The translations under genes and the position numbers were made by a program. Source: a virus (lineage: Duplodnaviria; Heunggongvirae; Uroviricota; Caudoviricetes). Taken from it: 16,991 nt of DNA. The notes below the pieces were generated by a model. That model ran no database searches and was not told where the DNA came from. It saw only the letters and a program-made list of their open reading frames with translations. Every line of letters starts with the position of its first letter. The first letter of the stretch is position 1. Location of the stretch: IMG/VR virus record IMGVR_UViG_2703718832_000008, positions 1-16,991 of that record, one strand, 5' to 3'. Below, in pieces: positions 14,888 to 16,991 of the stretch.

Positions 14888-16532
14888 TTACGCAAACGCC
14901 ATTAAATCGGGTGAAATTCCGGCCTGTAAGCGCGTAAAACAGGCCGTCGAGAGGTACTTTTCAGACCTGAATGACCCCCGTTATGAGTTCGATACGGCGA
15001 CCGTGGAGCGGTTTATTGCCTTCTCCCGGCTCTGCCCACACGTCAAAGGCCCGCTTAGGGGCCAGCCAATAGAGCTGGAACCGTGGCAGCAGTTCGCCTT
15101 TGCTAACCTGCTGGGCTTTAAGGTCAGGGAGTCAGGCCGCCGTAAGTACAGCAGCGCCTTTATTGAGGTGCCGCGCAAGAACGCCAAATCAACCGTAGCC
15201 GCCATGCTGGCTAACTGGTTTCTGGTAATGGAGAAGGGCCAGCAGGATATCTACACGGCGGCGGTAAGCCGGGATCAGGCCCGAATCGTGTTCGACGATG
15301 CCCGCCAGATGTGCCTGCTGTCAAAACCGCTGAAAAAGCGCGTCAATATCCAGGCGCATAAGGTCATTTTTCCGAAGAGCAACAGCCTGTTAAAGCCGCT
15401 GGCGGCGAAAGCGGCCACCATTGAAGGGACTAACCCCAGCCTGGCGATTGTCGATGAATACCACCTTCACCCGGATAACGGCGTTTATTCCGCCCTCGAG
15501 CTGGGTATGGGCGCACGTCCGGAGGCGATTTTGTTCGCTATCACTACCGCCGGGAGTAACGTTGTCTCTGCCTGTAAGCAGCATTATGACTACTGCTGTC
15601 AGATTCTGGCCGGGGAGGAGGGCAACGATTCGCTGTTTGTACTGATCTACGAGCTGGACGACGAAAGCGAGGTTGAGCAGCCTGAAATGTGGATCAAGGC
15701 TAACCCTAACCTGCATGTGTCCGTTGACGCAGCGAAACTAGAATCCACTATCCAGAAAGCCCGGGGTATACCGTCGCAGTGGGTGGAAATGCTGACCAAG
15801 CGTTTCAATATCTGGTGTCAGGGCTCCACTCCGTGGATGGGAGCCGGCGCATGGGATGCCTGTGCGCTCGAATATACCGAAGAAGATCTGTCCGGGATGG
15901 AGTGTTACGCCGGATTTGACCTGTCCTCAACCAGCGATATTACCAGTGTGAGTTACGCTTTCCCGTTTGAACGCGAGATCAGGCTTCTTACCCGGCACTA
16001 TCTGCCCGAAGCACAACTACTTAACGTTGCTAACAAAAACCGCGCCATCTATCGGCAGTGGGTAAAAGCGGGCTGGATACGCACCACCCCCGGCGACTGT
16101 ATTGACTATGATCGCATCCGTGACGATATCCTGCGCGACGCTGAAATATTCAATATCCGGCTGGTGGGCTTTGATACGTGGAACGCGACACACTTGCGAA
16201 CCCAGTTACAGGGGGCTGGCCTCGATGTGGAGCCGTTCCCGCAAACCTATCTGAAATTCAGTCCGGTAGCGAAATCTTTTGAGGTTTTTGTTAACCGCAA
16301 GGTGGTGCGCCATCGTGGCGATCCGGTTCTGGCCTGGGCGATTGGTAACGTGGTGATGGAGTCCGATGCCAACGCCAATATCAAACCTAACAAAAAGAAA
16401 TCCTCCAACAAGATAGACCCGGCGGTTTCTGCACTCATGGCGTTCGGCACATTCCTGGCAGAACACGAAGATTTTGCTTTCGATATGAGCGACAGTCACA
16501 AAGAGCGACTGGCTTTATTTAATGGGATTTGA
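14871..16532 (+). CDS. terL: Terminase large subunit
   Basis: 553 aa; ATPase P-loop-like PRKNAKST, nuclease-like C-terminal half; apparent TTG start at 14871 with GAGGAGGA ribosome-binding site, overlapping the terS 3' end by 17 nt. Confidence 0.92.
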   Translation: MTVWNDYANAIKSGEIPACKRVKQAVERYFSDLNDPRYEFDTATVERFIAFSRLCPHVKGPLRGQPIELEPWQQFAFANLLGFKVRESGRRKYSSAFIEVPRKNAKSTVAAMLANWFLVMEKGQQDIYTAAVSRDQARIVFDDARQMCLLSKPLKKRVNIQAHKVIFPKSNSLLKPLAAKAATIEGTNPSLAIVDEYHLHPDNGVYSALELGMGARPEAILFAITTAGSNVVSACKQHYDYCCQILAGEEGNDSLFVLIYELDDESEVEQPEMWIKANPNLHVSVDAAKLESTIQKARGIPSQWVEMLTKRFNIWCQGSTPWMGAGAWDACALEYTEEDLSGMECYAGFDLSSTSDITSVSYAFPFEREIRLLTRHYLPEAQLLNVANKNRAIYRQWVKAGWIRTTPGDCIDYDRIRDDILRDAEIFNIRLVGFDTWNATHLRTQLQGAGLDVEPFPQTYLKFSPVAKSFEVFVNRKVVRHRGDPVLAWAIGNVVMESDANANIKPNKKKSSNKIDPAVSALMAFGTFLAEHEDFAFDMSDSHKERLALFNGI

Positions 16533-16682
16533 GCATAAAGCGTAAAGGCAGAATTATCTTGAGGTTATCAGGAATATAAAATTGCTCTAGATCACTACAT
16601 TGCTGTCGTGGAATAGGAAGAGTCTGTTTTGTTGTTTATAAATGTATTGCAGGGCTTTTCCTGTTCAAACTTCTGGTGAAAT

Positions 16683-16991
16683 ATGACTGATAAATGGGCT
16701 GATTACCTTATTTCTAAAGTCCGATATAACGATAAACACACTCACATTACCCATGTGTATGTGCATGTCGATAATGGCGATACTGTTGGAGAAGGGACAT
16801 CAGAAACACGGCAGTGGGTAGTGAATAAAATCGATAGCGGCTATACCTTTTACACCATTTTCAAAGGTGATGACGGTAAGTGGAAGAAAGGTCAAAAAGT
16901 GGTTAAGGACCGTGTCAACGGTACTGATTACATTACTACTAGACCTAATGGTACATCCAAGGATAACTTAGAAAACCTTCCTGAGTACTAA
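16683..16991 (+). CDS. DUF3892 domain protein; AT-rich accessory gene
   Basis: 102 aa; sequence character matches the DUF3892 family as I recall it; stop codon is the last three bases of the window; preceded by a 150-bp AT-rich spacer. Confidence 0.7.
   Translation: MTDKWADYLISKVRYNDKHTHITHVYVHVDNGDTVGEGTSETRQWVVNKIDSGYTFYTIFKGDDGKWKKGQKVVKDRVNGTDYITTRPNGTSKDNLENLPEY

Larger units (their letters stand above)
989..16991. mobile_element. Integrated phage satellite / cf-PICI-like chromosomal island, partial (continues past window end)
   Basis: Contiguous block of integrase, AlpA, antirepressor, primase-helicase, iteron origin and an HK97-type capsid/packaging module with no tail or lysis genes; starts abruptly at the fis 3' remnant. 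Confidence 0.75.

Overview
The window holds the chromosomal methyltransferase gene yhdJ (minus strand, 1..885) followed by what reads as the last codons of fis plus its terminator (892..988). From about 989 to the window end lies an integrated mobile element that continues beyond 16991. Its gene order is: P4-like tyrosine integrase, an AT-rich unknown gene, AlpA regulator, AntA-like antirepressor, a ~550 bp noncoding repeat region, a divergent small ribbon-helix-helix regulator with palindromic operators, an HNH-AP2 endonuclease, three small coupled ORFs, a primase-helicase, an iteron origin, a small ORF, then an HK97-type head and packaging module (major capsid, prohead protease, portal, head closure, connector, HNH, TerS, TerL) and an AT-rich DUF3892 gene. 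No tail, baseplate or lysis genes are present. I read this as a capsid-forming phage-inducible chromosomal island (cf-PICI)-like phage satellite inserted at the 3' end of fis, and that is the main candidate system. The accessory pieces most worth follow-up are the AT-rich gene coupled to int, the noncoding repeat region, the HNH-AP2 gene with its small ORFs, and the putative cos region. All calls are from reading the sequence and recalled protein-family motifs; no database search was run.
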